From Piedraia hortae CBS 480.64 (lineage: Eukaryota), in the NCBI GenBank assembly GCA_010093745.1, contig MU005960.1, forward strand, positions 310,636-374,635: DNA of 64,000 nucleotides, given 5' to 3'. Positions 1 through 12,907 of the stretch are shown here, piece by piece; within the stretch, counting starts at the first letter, position 1; every line of letters starts with the position of its first letter. The notes under the pieces were generated by a model. That model was given only the letters and a program-made list of their open reading frames with translations. It searched no databases and was not told where the DNA came from. The position numbers and the translations under genes are program-made.

Positions 1-3000
1 TTGCTCGTCCCGATGCTCGCCCTTTTCCATTAGGTTTTGGAAATAGCGCTGCTTGGTCTTAAGCTGCTTTACCTGGCCGTTGGCCTTGGTTTCAGCGGCG
101 TGGAATTGCTCGAATGATTCGACGTCGAAGCGGTCGTCTAGCTTGTCTTTCCACGGGGAGACCCCGCTGGAGATTTGTTGCAACTGACGATAGAATTCCA
201 GCCGTTGATTTTGAGCGCCCCTGAAGAGGCTGAGCTCTCGTTGCAGTCCCGTCAGTACCTTGGAATACGAGGAGAAAATTTTCCGAAGGGTGTTGAACTG
301 CTCCATGTCCTGTGAGGAGCGAGCTTGGTTCATGGAGCTTTGTAGCGAGCCCCTAAATCCCGCTGGTCTGATGATACGCTTTTCTGCGCGCAGTAGGCTG
401 GATACACGCATGTATTCCACCGAAGATGCGTCGTCTCCTCGGGTCTCATTTTCGACAAGGTGAGCAGAGCTTCCTGTAACAAGGAGGTTAAGATCCGCGC
501 AAAGGGCCTTGAGCGCATCAAAGTAAGCGTACAACGCATCTTGCTCCAGCACGGAATTATCGTACTCCTCACCAGTTGCTACCTGATCATCGTTTTGATC
601 CATCAATGGCTTAGCAATGTAGCTAACCAGTTTCGACCGCCACTGTTGAATGAGAGCCCCATATTCTGCAAGACCCTGAAATATCCCCAGGTCATGTTGA
701 GTGACGTATTGGACATCATCGCCAAGTAGCTCATCTATGTCCGGAAAGCTCGTCTGCTTATTTTTACTCACAAGGTCGGTGACCTGAGACATAAGCCGGT
801 TGGCTCTGCTGCGTGAATCTTCCAAAATTTCCGCCCGGAGACCTCTAGCAAGGTCATAAGCTTCAGCCTCCGACTGTTCTAGACGGTTGAATTGATCAGA
901 ACCAGGTTTAACCACCGAATTGTTTATTTTATACTGGTAGGTTGCTGTTGCTGCATGGAACGCAGCAAGATGGCGGTCTAGCAAAGCAGTGCGGAGGTTG
1001 TTGGTCAACTCGGTAAGGACCTTTGAGACCTCCGAGGTTGACTTTTTTGCAGAATTTGTCTTGTTCGAGAATGCTGACATTCGATCCCTTGCATCCTGTA
1101 ATAACACCGCACTCTTCTTCAGCGCATTTGTGTAAAATTGGAGTGCGTGTGCAGCTCGAAGCTCATCCTGGCGATTGTTCCCAATTACATGGCCTTGCAT
1201 CAAGAGGGACTGGACAACGTCACGCTCATGATTCCTGATCGCCTTGACGTTTTCATCCATCATCATTTGTAGCACATCGGTCACTGTGAGCAGAGCTGTG
1301 TTGCTACGACCGAGGAGTTTGCCAGTGTGACCATTCATGAGAGGATGCAGGCAAGCCATTCTCAGGCGTCGAAGCCATGAGCGCATTTTCTGCACAGTTA
1401 CTGGATCGTTGGGATCCCAGTAGCCGTTATTGGGCGAGCCGTCCAGGTTCACCCCTACATCGATGCACATTTCTTCAAACATTGTGGTGTACGCCTGCTG
1501 CTCAACTGCCGAAAATGGCATGGTAACCACAATCCGTTTCTGCGGCGGCAATTCCAGCTCCCCACCGACAAGAGCTTTGTTATGCCGGATAGCAATTGTC
1601 CCAAAGAGGCGTTGGCAAAGGTGACGATGCTTGGTTACGAGAAGATTCCAAAGCTTGACACTCTGGCTGAATGGCTTGTAATCCAGAAATATAAGCAGCC
1701 CATGCAGATCCTGAATGCCAGTGTACATGGGTGTGCCGGACACTGCCCAGCTGTGCATTCGTGACAACTGACGAGCAACTCGCGCCGCCGAAGTGACGCC
1801 AGAACTGACCATTTGTGCTTCATCTAGGCAGATACGCCACCATTTCAACTTCACCAGACAACTGGTCCGGCGAGCATACTTTTTGGGGTGCCTTAAGTTG
1901 CGTTGAGGTGGTTCCTCAACATAGTTCAACTCACGACCGAGCGTATCGTAGCTGACTAGAACAATGTCGTACTCCTTCTCCAGCTTCTTAACCACCTCGG
2001 AGTCGTCGTAAAGACTACCAGAGTTCTTGGTTCGCCAGTTGGTATTCCTGAGTTCAAACACCTTCAATGAGGGCGCATGTTTGGCCAGTTCAGAGCGCCA
2101 TTGACCAATGATCCGTTCGGGAGTGATCACCAGTGTAGCTCCCGTATATAGCAGGTCACACTTTGGTAGCTGATGGGGGCTTGGCATTCGATGAAGTGTA
2201 ATGAGGGAAGCAATTTCGACAGTTTTGCCCAGACCCATTTCTTCAGCGAGAATTCCTCCTGAGATTCGGGATTCTGCGGGCCTTTCACGCTGAACAGATC
2301 CGGCGAGAAGGTTGACATAGCAACTTTGCCCATCTAGATCGTAAACCTTGCGATAAAAACCATAATCATTTCTACAATCGCTTGTAATTCGAGCAAGGCT
2401 GCCGTCACTGCTCAGCTTCACACCCTCTCGAGCGAGCATCCAGGTCACGGTCCGCTCTTGAAAAGGGAACAGAGCTGTATTGAGAACTGCGTTGCAGGTA
2501 CCACTGGCCTTTACATGTTTGTCGGGAACATGCATGCAATCGTACAGATCGGCAGGTGTGCATGGTTCATTGGAGTTCGAAGGATCGCACAATGGATCCG
2601 GGAAAGTGGCCGTTAGGATGTCGTAGTCGGGGTAGGAGGAAATGTGTGAGATAGGTGTTCTGGGAGGGAAAGCAGGCTTATCAAGTTGCCACGATAAAAC
2701 GGCCTCCAATCGCAGAGCTCTGTTAGTATCATGGCCGCCTATCTGTTTAAGGGTACAATGCGCGACTGTGGCATGATCTTCGACAGGCAGCTTGAAAGAA
2801 CAAGCCAAGACAAAGAGTCGTAGTATTTCAGAAACCTCCGAGGGTATATATGCACAATCAACGACCAGAACATTATCTGAGTCGTTGCAAGAGGCAATGC
2901 ATAATCGATCGTCATCTATTTCTTGAATCTCCACATTGACGGTCTCTGAATCCTCCGAATGAACGACATCGTTCAAGAAAAAAAGATCGATCGAAAGCCT

Positions 3001-3207
3001 ATAAAGGACGATCTTGTCTTTCCGAGCATCAACTCCATCATCGATCCTTCGGCGCTTGTTTGGATGAACTTGGTGGTCTGCAGCATGACTCAAAAAATAC
3101 AGAGCGGGGGTCGAGTATCCTGCTTCAACAACGATTGTTTTGGAGTCTCTGGACCTGACATGCGTCCCGCGGGCCTCTAGAGACCTTTCCACATTTGCCG
3201 GCGGCAT
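1..3207 (-). CDS. IRC20: SNF2-family helicase/E3 ligase, IRC20/SHPRH-like (runs off the left edge)
   Basis: Manual minus-strand translation of sampled segments, all in one frame with ATG 3207 (alternative 3228): LFPFQERTVTWMLARE, GGILAEEMGLGKT, WWRICLDEAQMV, WAVSGTP. Missing from the ORF track, probably because no stop lies inside the window. Confidence 0.85.
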   Translation of the reverse strand, partial: MPPANVERSLEARGTHVRSRDSKTIVVEAGYSTPALYFLSHAADHQVHPNKRRRIDDGVDARKDKIVLYRLSIDLFFLNDVVHSEDSETVNVEIQEIDDDRLCIASCNDSDNVLVVDCAYIPSEVSEILRLFVLACSFKLPVEDHATVAHCTLKQIGGHDTNRALRLEAVLSWQLDKPAFPPRTPISHISSYPDYDILTATFPDPLCDPSNSNEPCTPADLYDCMHVPDKHVKASGTCNAVLNTALFPFQERTVTWMLAREGVKLSSDGSLARITSDCRNDYGFYRKVYDLDGQSCYVNLLAGSVQRERPAESRISGGILAEEMGLGKTVEIASLITLHRMPSPHQLPKCDLLYTGATLVITPERIIGQWRSELAKHAPSLKVFELRNTNWRTKNSGSLYDDSEVVKKLEKEYDIVLVSYDTLGRELNYVEEPPQRNLRHPKKYARRTSCLVKLKWWRICLDEAQMVSSGVTSAARVARQLSRMHSWAVSGTPMYTGIQDLHGLLIFLDYKPFSQSVKLWNLLVTKHRHLCQRLFGTIAIRHNKALVGGELELPPQKRIVVTMPFSAVEQQAYTTMFEEMCIDVGVNLDGSPNNGYWDPNDPVTVQKMRSWLRRLRMACLHPLMNGHTGKLLGRSNTALLTVTDVLQMMMDENVKAIRNHERDVVQSLLMQGHVIGNNRQDELRAAHALQFYTNALKKSAVLLQDARDRMSAFSNKTNSAKKSTSEVSKVLTELTNNLRTALLDRHLAAFHAATATYQYKINNSVVKPGSDQFNRLEQSEAEAYDLARGLRAEILEDSRSRANRLMSQVTDLVSKNKQTSFPDIDELLGDDVQYVTQHDLGIFQGLAEYGALIQQWRSKLVSYIAKPLMDQNDDQVATGEEYDNSVLEQDALYAYFDALKALCADLNLLVTGSSAHLVENETRGDDASSVEYMRVSSLLRAEKRIIRPAGFRGSLQSSMNQARSSQDMEQFNTLRKIFSSYSKVLTGLQRELSLFRGAQNQRLEFYRQLQQISSGVSPWKDKLDDRFDVESFEQFHAAETKANGQVKQLKTKQRYFQNLMEKGEHRDEQ

Positions 3208-3338
3208 CTTGTGAAAGGTGCAGCTCATCTTTAAGTCACTGGATTCGATTGGTCGCAGGCCCGGCCCGAGCCGAGCTGACTAATTACCGGCCTGTCCCGC
3301 AACGATACCGCCAAAGCATTGCATTAGATTGGACCAAA

Positions 3339-4096
3339 ATGACAGTCGGAATGGCAACCGGTATGCTTGGAGAGGGTATGGTGGCGGCGCTGTAGCTCCC
3401 AAGTGGCTTGTGCTGATATAAACGATTCCAGATGGTATTCACGTCGACATGAACCACCTCAAGACGGGCGAAGTCAATCTGGGCACGTCGATCATGGCCA
3501 TTACATTCCAAGACGGCGTGATACTGGGAGCAGATTCGCGCACGACCACGGGCGCCTACATTGCCAACAGAGTCACCGACAAGCTCACTCGTGTGCACGA
3601 TACAATCTGGTGTTGCCGCTCGGGCTCGGCAGCCGACACTCAGGCAGTCGCAGACATCGTCCAGTATCACTTGGGCATGTACGGCATCACCAACAACGAG
3701 CCTCCCACCACGCAGACGGCAGCGGCGATATTCCAGGAGCTTTGCTATGGTAACAAGGATCAGCTCAGTGCAGGAATCATCATTGCGGGATGGGATGAGC
3801 GATACGGTGGCCAGGTGTATTCAATTCCGCTTGGCGGGTCATTGCACAAGCAGGCGTACGCCATTGGTGGATCAGGCTCTACTTATATCTACGGCTACTG
3901 CGATGCAAACTGGAGAGAGGGCATGACTGAGGAACAGGGGATTCAATTTGTCAAGGGTGCGCTTCAAGAGGCCATCAAGTGGGACGGAAGCTCGGGAGGA
4001 GTCATCAGAATGGTTGTGCTGACGAAAAAGGGTGCAATCCGGCACCTATATCTGCCCGACCGCAATTACCAAGGCCCGGGAACGGAGGCGCCGTAG
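3339..4096 (+). CDS. PRE3: 20S proteasome subunit beta-1
   Basis: [11 protein letters not shown] propeptide cleavage site and [21 protein letters not shown]. Exon 1 3339-3360, intron 3361-3431 (GTATGC..CAG) restores the frame. Confidence 0.95.
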
Positions 4097-4641
4097 TTCT
4101 GTCTAGCTTAACCTGAAGCTCTCCTCCCGGGGAAATGTACCATACGTAGCATGAGAGGAAATGGCCGGTTTAATGGGTAATCGTGCAACTCGTTACGCAT
4201 CCAACTTGGAGAGGAAGCAATAAACTTTTTACAGTACACAATACGAGCGGTTTAAAGTTCTAACTCTTTTGCTCCTAGTTGAACTTAATATTGATTTAGC
4301 GGTGAGGAGCTTGGCAAACCCGAGAATGGAACGAATGGTCCGAACGCTTGAGAATACAGTCCAAACTGGACGCAACGGATCGATCTAGCACAATAGTCAT
4401 GCCCGCCAACCAAAGATCCGCTGTATCCAGCGTCCGCTATATTCGAGTAGAATTGTAACAGATACTTACAAGCTCCGTTCAATTGTAATTCATATCTAGA
4501 CCCACCAAACAACCCCCTAAGCTAAGTGGAGAAGTGCCTAAATCTGCCCATCGGCCTCGGCTGCTGACTCCTTTGAGCGGAATCCATGTTGTCATGTCCA
4601 AACGTCAATGCCTCTTGCTCTAAGGCATCGATGTCTGCGCG

Positions 4642-5016
4642 TTAGAGTACAAGGGTACCGTGGATGTTCCTGCCTCGAACATCCTTGAGGACTTGCAAAA
4701 GCCAAGTGCGGCATGTAAATTCGTGGCTATCCAAGGTCATATCATATGTCGTGAGCAGCTTGTTAAGCTCCGTGTGGGTCTCTGTCGGTCCATTTCCGAT
4801 CCTGAAAAGTGCGACTAGCAAAAATGGCTTCATAACGCCAGATGTGCTGCCATGATCCGAAAGCCAAGCGCCTGGGCTTCCATGGATGTGAGACTTCATT
4901 CCTTGGCTTCCAGAGTGATGCACAGCGCCACAAGGAAATCATTTTTTAGTAGGTGGATCATCCCGCAGAAAGAGGAGCAACTAAATAGAGTTGTCCTCAA
5001 GTTGTCCCAAAGACAT
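4642..5016 (-). pseudogene. Degenerate small fungal hypothetical gene
   Basis: Protein-like 3' part (WLSDHGSTSGVMKPFLLVALFRIG..FTCRTWLLQVL). The part downstream of ATG 5016 has an early TAG and a frameshift. Confidence 0.35.
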
Positions 5017-5284
5017 GTTCAAGATGTATGGCGCTGTAATGGGCGGCAATGAAATTTTTCGGCAGTGGCAGGTAACAGTTTGTTTGATGTGCTCGCTTGA
5101 CTAAGGTGAGGGAGGAGGTAGTCAGGATGGAGCTTGATAGAAGCGGGTGCTGGTATCCGAGCACTTCAGTCATACTAGCGTCCGAGCCTATTTCGGGGTG
5201 TCAGCCGCGGGGCTACGAGGCTGATGTCAGTGTTTGCAATGTAAGTGTCTGGACAGGCTATGCCGCAACCTCGTATCCTCGTCC

Positions 5285-5716
5285 CTAATATCCGTAAAAG
5301 TCTCTGGTCAGCAGCCACACGGCGCGGTCAGCGACTGCTTCTTGCTTGAAGTCGTTTCCACCAATCCCTGCCACAAGATCTGACCACCAAGAATTCCAAC
5401 GTGCTCGCATAGCTGTAGTGTAGTCCAAATATTGCGGGTTCCATCCAGCACACTCCCCATCCAGAAAGCCAGTGATTCCTCCACCTTGAACCATGAAGTT
5501 GTGACAAGCGAAGTCACCATGACAAAAAACGATATGGTGTTTGAAGTCGTAAATATGTTTAGCACATGCCAGATTGGTCTTAAACTCCTCATCAGTCCTG
5601 AAAACGCCAAGCGTGGTGGGCTCCAGAAGAAAGTCCGTCAGCTCCTGTTGCGATTTCAAAAGGGCCCATCTTACGGCCTGAAATGCGGAAATACGGCAGG
5701 TCCGGATGTTCACCAC
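5285..5716 (-). pseudogene. Aminoglycoside phosphotransferase/choline kinase-like C-terminal fragment
   Basis: VFCHGDFACHNFMV (Brenner-type motif) and ITGFLDGECAGWNPQY. No clear N-lobe or ATG start. Confidence 0.6.
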
Positions 5717-6228
5717 AACATAGCACTCTTGGAACAGGGATACCTGCTTATCTGACCGCCTGCGTGGCCAGGTACTCTTCTAAGTGAGTTCCGTCAGACC
5801 ATTTCAAGACCAGCCCAAACGGCAGCGGAATGAGTTGGTTATCGTAAGGAATTCCCACCAATTTGCAATAGTACGTGTAAAAAAAATTATCTGAGCCAGT
5901 AATGACTAACTCCCCAAAATTTACACACTATCTGATATGGGGGGCGAGGATTGGGCGTCATGTTCTTTGCAGCAGGGTTGGGGTGGACCTTGTGAGGCCA
6001 GATAGAGTCTGGCAACAAGACACCTGGAATAAACCATCTGGCCATCCTGTGGAGCTTGAAAGGCGTGAATGAGGAAGAAATCGTGTTCAAGGAACTGAAT
6101 GCGGGGGATTACTCGTTTGGGATGATTTTTTTGTTTCTCGCCCCACTTTTCGGCGCGACCCGAGCCGATTGTCTGCCCCACTTCAATATTTCAGCTGCAT
6201 AAACGATACATTCATACAAGAATACGTA

Positions 6229-6705
6229 ATGGCATCTTCTCGCGGGGCAACCTCTACAATCGGCAAGAACAAGAATATAAGCAGCAGTAATGCACTCCTC
6301 GGTTTCGCTAGGGCTCTACTTCCCACGCCCGGGAGCTACATTCTAGGCATCGTAACCCGCACTCGCTCTCGACAGGCCCAAATCATGATAACAGCGCTCG
6401 GTTATTCGGGGGAAACCACTGTGTCTTCACCCTTTAGTGCACTGATACGTCAGCAAGATATCCGAGCTACCGAAAAGGACAAAGTCGTTGTTGCAAACTG
6501 TTTCCACGTGGGAGATGTGGTCAGGGCTAAAGTTATCAGCCTTGGGGATGAGAGGAATTACTATTGTAGCACAGAGGGTGATGAATGCGGTGTCGTTGTG
6601 GGACATGGGGATGAGGGTGAGACCCTAGTTCCGATAAGTTGGTGTGAGATGAGGAACGAGGCCACAGGTGAGAAATTCCCAAGAAAGGTTGCCAAACCTT
6701 TTTAA
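6229..6705 (+). CDS. CSL4: RNA exosome cap subunit Csl4 (5' end uncertain)
   Basis: LIRQQDIRATEKDKV..FHVGDVVRAKVISLGDERNYY..PISW..RKVAKPF, typical of Csl4 S1 and C-terminal regions. Confidence 0.88.
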   Translation: MASSRGATSTIGKNKNISSSNALLGFARALLPTPGSYILGIVTRTRSRQAQIMITALGYSGETTVSSPFSALIRQQDIRATEKDKVVVANCFHVGDVVRAKVISLGDERNYYCSTEGDECGVVVGHGDEGETLVPISWCEMRNEATGEKFPRKVAKPF

Positions 6706-7409
6706 TTGGGAAGGAGTTTGGACTATTATCAAGGTCTCCTCACGTGAATTAGCTTTCGGGGCGCGGCGCAGCATTCAGTCAAGGCAGGCTGGTGGCACCC
6801 GAAGTCTATGCAGTGAACGGGGGATGCACACATTGAACACATGGCTATGTATGTAGCTATCTGTGTGTATTCTAAACCAACTACGATGCACTCATGTTGA
6901 CAAATGGTTTCATCTCTCATGACACGTGTTCAAGACAGGTTGAGTATTTGAGCGACGCGGTCATGGATTGGGCTTGAGACATGGGGCAGTCACATCCAGT
7001 CAAGATATTGGGTGCCGTGAGCGGGGGCAGATGCCAAGCCGGTCAGATAGCTGCATTGATTGGCCGAGAGACCCAAAACCGGGATCAAGCGCGGCGAAAC
7101 GTTTTGCCGGCGCCGGCAAATTAAACGTCGCTGACTACCGTTTTAGCGTAAACCCCGATCACATCCATCCTCGCGATAATCCCACTCTGAGTGCTATCAG
7201 TTGACGCGCAAATCCGCCATTCTTCCCTAGCAGCCTCTGCCTCCGTTTACCCACCTGTGCCAAACAAACACGCGTCTGTTCCCGTGACGCCTGTGACGTG
7301 TTGACGTGTTGCTCCGGACACTCCCAGCAGTCTACAACGTGTCGCATTCCGTGTAACGTGTTATTGGCAGTGCCGGCAGCCACCGGAACGGTTTTAGTTG
7401 TGGAGTAAC

Positions 7410-8761
7410 ATGGGCGAAGTGATGGTGAACACCGGCGCTTTTTATGGGCAAACGTCGAGCCAGTATCCTCACCTGCAAACGGGTGCACTTATGACGCCAC
7501 GTCAAGCTCATGGCAGCCACTCGTTTTCACACTCGACGACGCCCCAATTAACGAGGCAAATGCAGCGGCAACCGGCGCAGCGAGGGCCAAACGAAGCTCC
7601 AACGATGCACATGTCACCGCAGCGAAGCACGACTTCCGGCTCATTGGCGAAAAATGGACGTGCAGAGTCAACGAATGGTACATCGCTTCACCACGGCAGG
7701 GCTGAGGCACCTCGCGCACGCCGGACAATCAAGATTCGCGACCTAGAACACATTCGGAGCCTGGCCCGGGAGGACTCGGCGTCTTTTCTGCGCACTCGGA
7801 GCCGCAGCCGGTCCAGATCACAGGAAGTAGACGGTGAAAGTGTCCATTATGAACTTAGTGAGATGCGAGTCGAGGACGTTATTGAAATGGTGGCTGGACT
7901 CTTGACCAAAATCACGACGACAAATGATCGACAGCATGAATACCTGCACCGGCGCTCAACAAAAACAGATGACGACGACGAAGACGAAGAAGACGAAGAT
8001 AAGAATAGCGAACAGAGCAGCATCATTGCGTTCCATGGAAAGAACGTACCCAGCATTACCATCTTGAGCTACTTGACGAGAATTAATAAGTATTGTCCAG
8101 CAACCTTTGATGTGTTTATGAGTTTGTTGGTATACTTTGATCGCATGACGGAACGCGTCAATGCCGGGCTGGTGAAGAGCCTACGGCAACAGTCATGCGA
8201 TCAAATGCACAATGGCAAGGCTAACGCCCAGCATCACGAACAAAACACGTCTGCCGTGGACCTGTCTACGCAATTCACCCCATCCTCTCATCGCGCGCAA
8301 ACTCCTACCCCACCTGCATCCGATTCTGTTGATGGAGCTGACACATCTAATGTCCCGGGAACTCCCCATAGCCGGCTGCAAGATCCGGGCCCTTCAACTC
8401 CGCCCGTGTCAGAGCCTCCTTGTGATCTGTCCCAGTTCTTTGTTGTAGACAGCTACAACATTCACCGGCTTGTCATAGCCGCCATGACCTGCGCAAGTAA
8501 ATACTTCTCAGACATATTCTACACAAACTCGCGTTACGCAAAGGTGAGTGAAGTCTAATATAACATGTTCCAAGTGCTGACATCTTCAAGGTCGGGGGCC
8601 TACCTCTCTCCGAGCTTAATCATCTAGAGCTTCAATTCCTACTGTTGAACGACTTTCGGCTAGCAATCCCGGTCGAAGAAATCGAGGCATATGGTACCAT
8701 GCTGGTTGAATTCTATGCTCGAGAAGTGCTCAGCCAAGAGTCGAACGGAGCATCTGGGTGA
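7410..8761 (+). CDS. Pho85 cyclin, Pho80/Pcl6-Pcl7 family
   Basis: AFHGKNVPSITILSYLTRINKYCP and NIHRLVIAAMTCASKYFSDIFYTNSRYAK. Intron 8544-8590, then VGGLPLSELNHLELQFLLLNDF to TGA 8761. Start uncertain. Confidence 0.9.
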
Positions 8762-9622
8762 TGGTTGAGCCGAGAGCAGTCATGGTCCGCGTTTCCCTAC
8801 AAGCTGCTCGCTCAGAAAAGCTTCACACATGTCGGAAGAAGGCAGATGTAGCCTGACCCGGAGCCGAACACTACACATGCACAGGCGTTATCATGCTTGC
8901 TCCTTTGCTTTCTGTCAAGACTGTACGTGGCTTTTTGTCGGCATTCGGATCGCGGTATACCCAGTTTGGCTTGTTGGCATCTGTCTCATCGTTTCAACTT
9001 TTGTTAATCAATGACTGTGCAGTCTTTTGTGGTTGCTTGTAACCCCTCAAAGAGGTTAGAGGATGCGTTGCATGGTGTTGGGATTCCAAATCGATGTGTT
9101 TCTGGGGTCCTTGTAGCCTCGATCTGCCCCATTCCCAGATCAAAATGCGCAGATTGTGGTCTTGCTTGCGCCACATTGCCATGCTGTAGTACAATATAGG
9201 TGCCGGCGGCACCATGCATGATAACTGTGCCCAGTCTCGTGACATTTGACACATACGTAGTGGGACATGACATTTCGTGGGAACGGGAAAATAGGTTTGG
9301 GATAGAGTGATATCAACAACACAGATTACGGTCGCGTGTTGCATGATTTGGATTTGTTCAACCATCCACGATCAGCCGTTGAACACGTGGCACTCACGTG
9401 ATGTGTTTTATAATGGACCCTGGCCCCACATGACGTGCGTATGCAACACCAATATGGCAGGCGCGACCTTCTCTACTTCGCGGCCACCTACCAACTTTTT
9501 TCCACCTCCGCAATACCCCCATTTCCTCCTTACGCTGGCACCTGCCACTCCAACTGTCTAACCTTCGCCTCGATTCACACCCCCCGCTCGTCCCACTCCC
9601 GCTTTGTCGCGGCGTAGCAGAC

Positions 9623-12447
9623 ATGGCGACCCACCAGGTCTCACTGTGAGCTCTTTGCGCAGCGCACCGCGGGAAGCTTGACTGATTGTCCACAGATTCC
9701 TGCCATACACCATAGCTTTTCATGAGTCTCCAACGCTCCAGCAGAGGCCGACTTTTGACCAACGGTCGAGCTCGACTGCTGACCTCCCCTCTCTAAAAGG
9801 TGTCAGCAGTCTGCTCTCTGCCTCGACTGAGGCGTCGACGCCCAGCGGTAAAGCTGCGGTTGACTTCTTCGCTAGCCAGAGCAGCTCGGATCTTGCGCGG
9901 ATCGCCCATGCTCGGCCGGGCGACCCCCGCTCTCTGGTCCGCAGCGATGCGCATCTTTCAGACTGGGGCAAGCAGGCAATATTCAACCAACCAAAGTCGC
10001 GCGCCGGCCCTTTGCCGTCGGGATCCATCCTGGACTTTGCCAAAGTTCAAGGAGACATTGAGCGAAAGCGTCAGGATGCCAAGATCCGATCAACACATCG
10101 CTCACCCCCGGGTCGGAAGTCGCGTGCCGGCAGCAACGATCGCGGATACGAGGGTAAAGTTTGGACTGTTGAGCCTGCTATCCATGGCAATGGCGGCTTA
10201 ACCAATGCCGTCCGCGCTGCTGGAGATGCTGGCGATATGGAGATCAGCTGGATCGGAACCGTCGGTTTCCCCACGGATGCCCTGTCGATGTCGCTCAAGG
10301 AAGAGATTCGTGACAAGCTCCTGACAGACCACGAGTCAGAAGTCGTCTATGTCAGTGACAAAGATCTGGATGGGCATTATACGCACTTTTGCAAGACCAT
10401 CTTGTGGCCCATCTTCCATTACCAAGTGCCCGACCATCCCAAGAGCAAGGCCTACGCCGACCACAGTTGGAAGTTTTATCGCAACGTCAACGAGGCGTTT
10501 GCCAATAAGGTCATTGCATCGTACAAGCGCGGGGACACCATCTGGGTGCACGACTACCATTTGCTCCTTGTGCCACAAATGGTGCGAGAGAAGCTGCCGC
10601 ATGCCAAGATTGGCTTTTTCCTGCACACGGCGTTTCCATCATCGGAGGTGTTCCGCTGCCTTGCCATGCGTAAGGAGCTCCTCGAGGGTGTGCTTGGCGC
10701 CAACTTGGTCGCGTTTCAGACGGAAGAGTACGCCAGTCATTTCCTGCAGACGTGCAGCCGGCTGTTGACGGTTGAGACGCTGCCCGAGGGCGTGCAGCTG
10801 GAAAATCACTTTGTAAACGTCACCAGCGAAGCGATTGGCATCTACCCATCGGCGGTTGCCGACTCCCGTGATGACCCAGAGGTCAAACAGTGGATCGAAG
10901 CAATTCAGGAGCGCTACAAAGACAAAAAGCTGATTGTGTCCCGAGACAAGCTTGACAACGTGCGTGGTGTGCGCCAGAAGCTGCTGGCTTATGAGCTGTT
11001 TCTGAACAAGCACCCCGAATGGCGCGAGAAAGTCGTCTTGATCCAGGTTGCCTCCGCTAGTAGTGAGCAGTCTGAGCTGATGACGACTGTGTCAGACATA
11101 TGCACACGCATTGACTCTGTGCATTCCACTCTGGCTCACCAGCCGTTGGTTTTCCTTAAGCAAGATATTGGATTCTCCCAGTACCTGGCGCTACTCAGTA
11201 TTGCCGATGTCCTCATGGTCACGGCGTTGCGAGATGGCATGAACCTCACCACGCACGAGTACATCTTTTGCCAGGATGGCCAGGCTACCAACGGCCTGAA
11301 GCGTCACGGGCCCGTCATCCTGAGCGAGTTTACGGGCAGTGCATCTGTGTTCGGGTCGGCACATCTCTCAATCAATCCCTGGGACTATCAGCAGCAGGCC
11401 AACATCATTAAGTATGCCTTGGAGATGGGAGAAAAGGAGAAAGACAGCCGGTGGAGCAAGCTTCACAACATTGTCATGACACACACGGGCGGACGGTGGG
11501 TCAAGGTGCTCAACGAAACGCTCGACCGCGTCTATCAGGAGCAGGCCGAGCGAGATTCTAGCTCGGTGCCGCGTCTTTCCGTGAACAGAATGGCGGATGC
11601 GTACGACGGATCCAACACACGTGTCTTTATTCTGGACTATGAGGGCACCCTGGCGCCGCTCCGTACCAGCATGGGCGTTCCTCTGACGTCGCCCCAGCGG
11701 GTGCTTGACGCCCTGTCGGAGCTCATGGCCGACTCACGAAACATCATCTACGTCATGTCAGCAAGGCGGCCTGAGGAGTTGGCAAGTATCTTCCGCGGAT
11801 TGCCTTCGCTTGGCTTGATTGCGGAGGATGGGTGTTTTGTGCGCGAATTTGGTGCTGCGTCGCGTGAATGGCAGCAGTTTATCGACGATGACAAAACCGC
11901 GAGCTGGAAGGAGGAAGTGCGCAGCATCCTAAAGTACTACAGTGACCGGCTCGAGGGCAGCTCGATTGAGGAGCGTCATGCTAGCTTCGTGTTTCGCTGG
12001 GACAAGGTCGAAGATCAAGACGTTGCAAGCCGCTTTGCAGGCGAGAGCGTGGATCAGATCAACAGCGCTTGCAAGTCGATGAACATCAATGCCGTACCCA
12101 TTCAACAGGCGATCTTGATTGAGCAGACTGAGTTTACCAAATGCACGGCGGCCGAGCACATCTTCAGGAACCTGCGCAGAGCTCATAACATGAGCAAGCC
12201 CGACTTCCTCCTCGTCGCTGGCGACGACCGAGAAGACGAGGTAGTGTTCAACTGGGCCAACAGTTTGGCCAAGGAAGGAACTGTTCGTAACGTTTACACA
12301 GTATCTGTGGGTAAGAGGAACACGGTGGCCCAAGCCTCACTCACGCAAGGATCTTCAGGCCTATTGAATGCCCTACTGAAATTGGCAAAGATCTCCAGTT
12401 CAAGCATTGGGCCAGATTATCTGAACAAGGGAGCTTCCTCCACCTAA
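9623..12447 (+). CDS. Trehalose-6-phosphate synthase complex regulatory subunit (Tsl1/Tps3-like)
   Basis: GT20 domain (IWVHDYHLLLVP, GFFLHTAFPSSEVFR) plus HAD-like domain (ILDYEGTL). Exon 1 9623-9645 and intron 9646-9695 give N-terminal MATHQVSLFLPYT. Confidence 0.9.
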
Positions 12448-12907
12448 CGACGTTGTCACCAGTTATGTAATTGCATGGCCTCACGGCTCTCGCGTGTACC
12501 ATTTACAGTAGCATGAATTGAAGTCATTTTGGCTTGATACGTTTCTGTCTGTTTCATGGTCAGGGAAGCAAAGTCTTGGAAGCAGGCTGGGTTGGGGGGA
12601 CTTGAAACGAGAAGCCGGCTGCAGATGGATGCGTCTGTTACGATGTTGGCGGTATGGCTATGTTCAAAAGTGGGAAGTTATCTGCTAGAGTAACATTTTG
12701 CTCTCGTAAACATACCCAAAATAGCTAGTCACTCTCCCAAACTGGCTGTTTATTACCCAGTGCTCGGACCGGATAACAACAAGGGCCATGAACGGTCCAT
12801 TCACAGGCGAAACGGGCAGGGCTTGGAACGTGGGATTAGCGGAAGAGATGCAGGCAGTGAGAAGGGCAACGTAGGGCAACGCGTAAACTGGCCAACGACG
12901 ACCATCG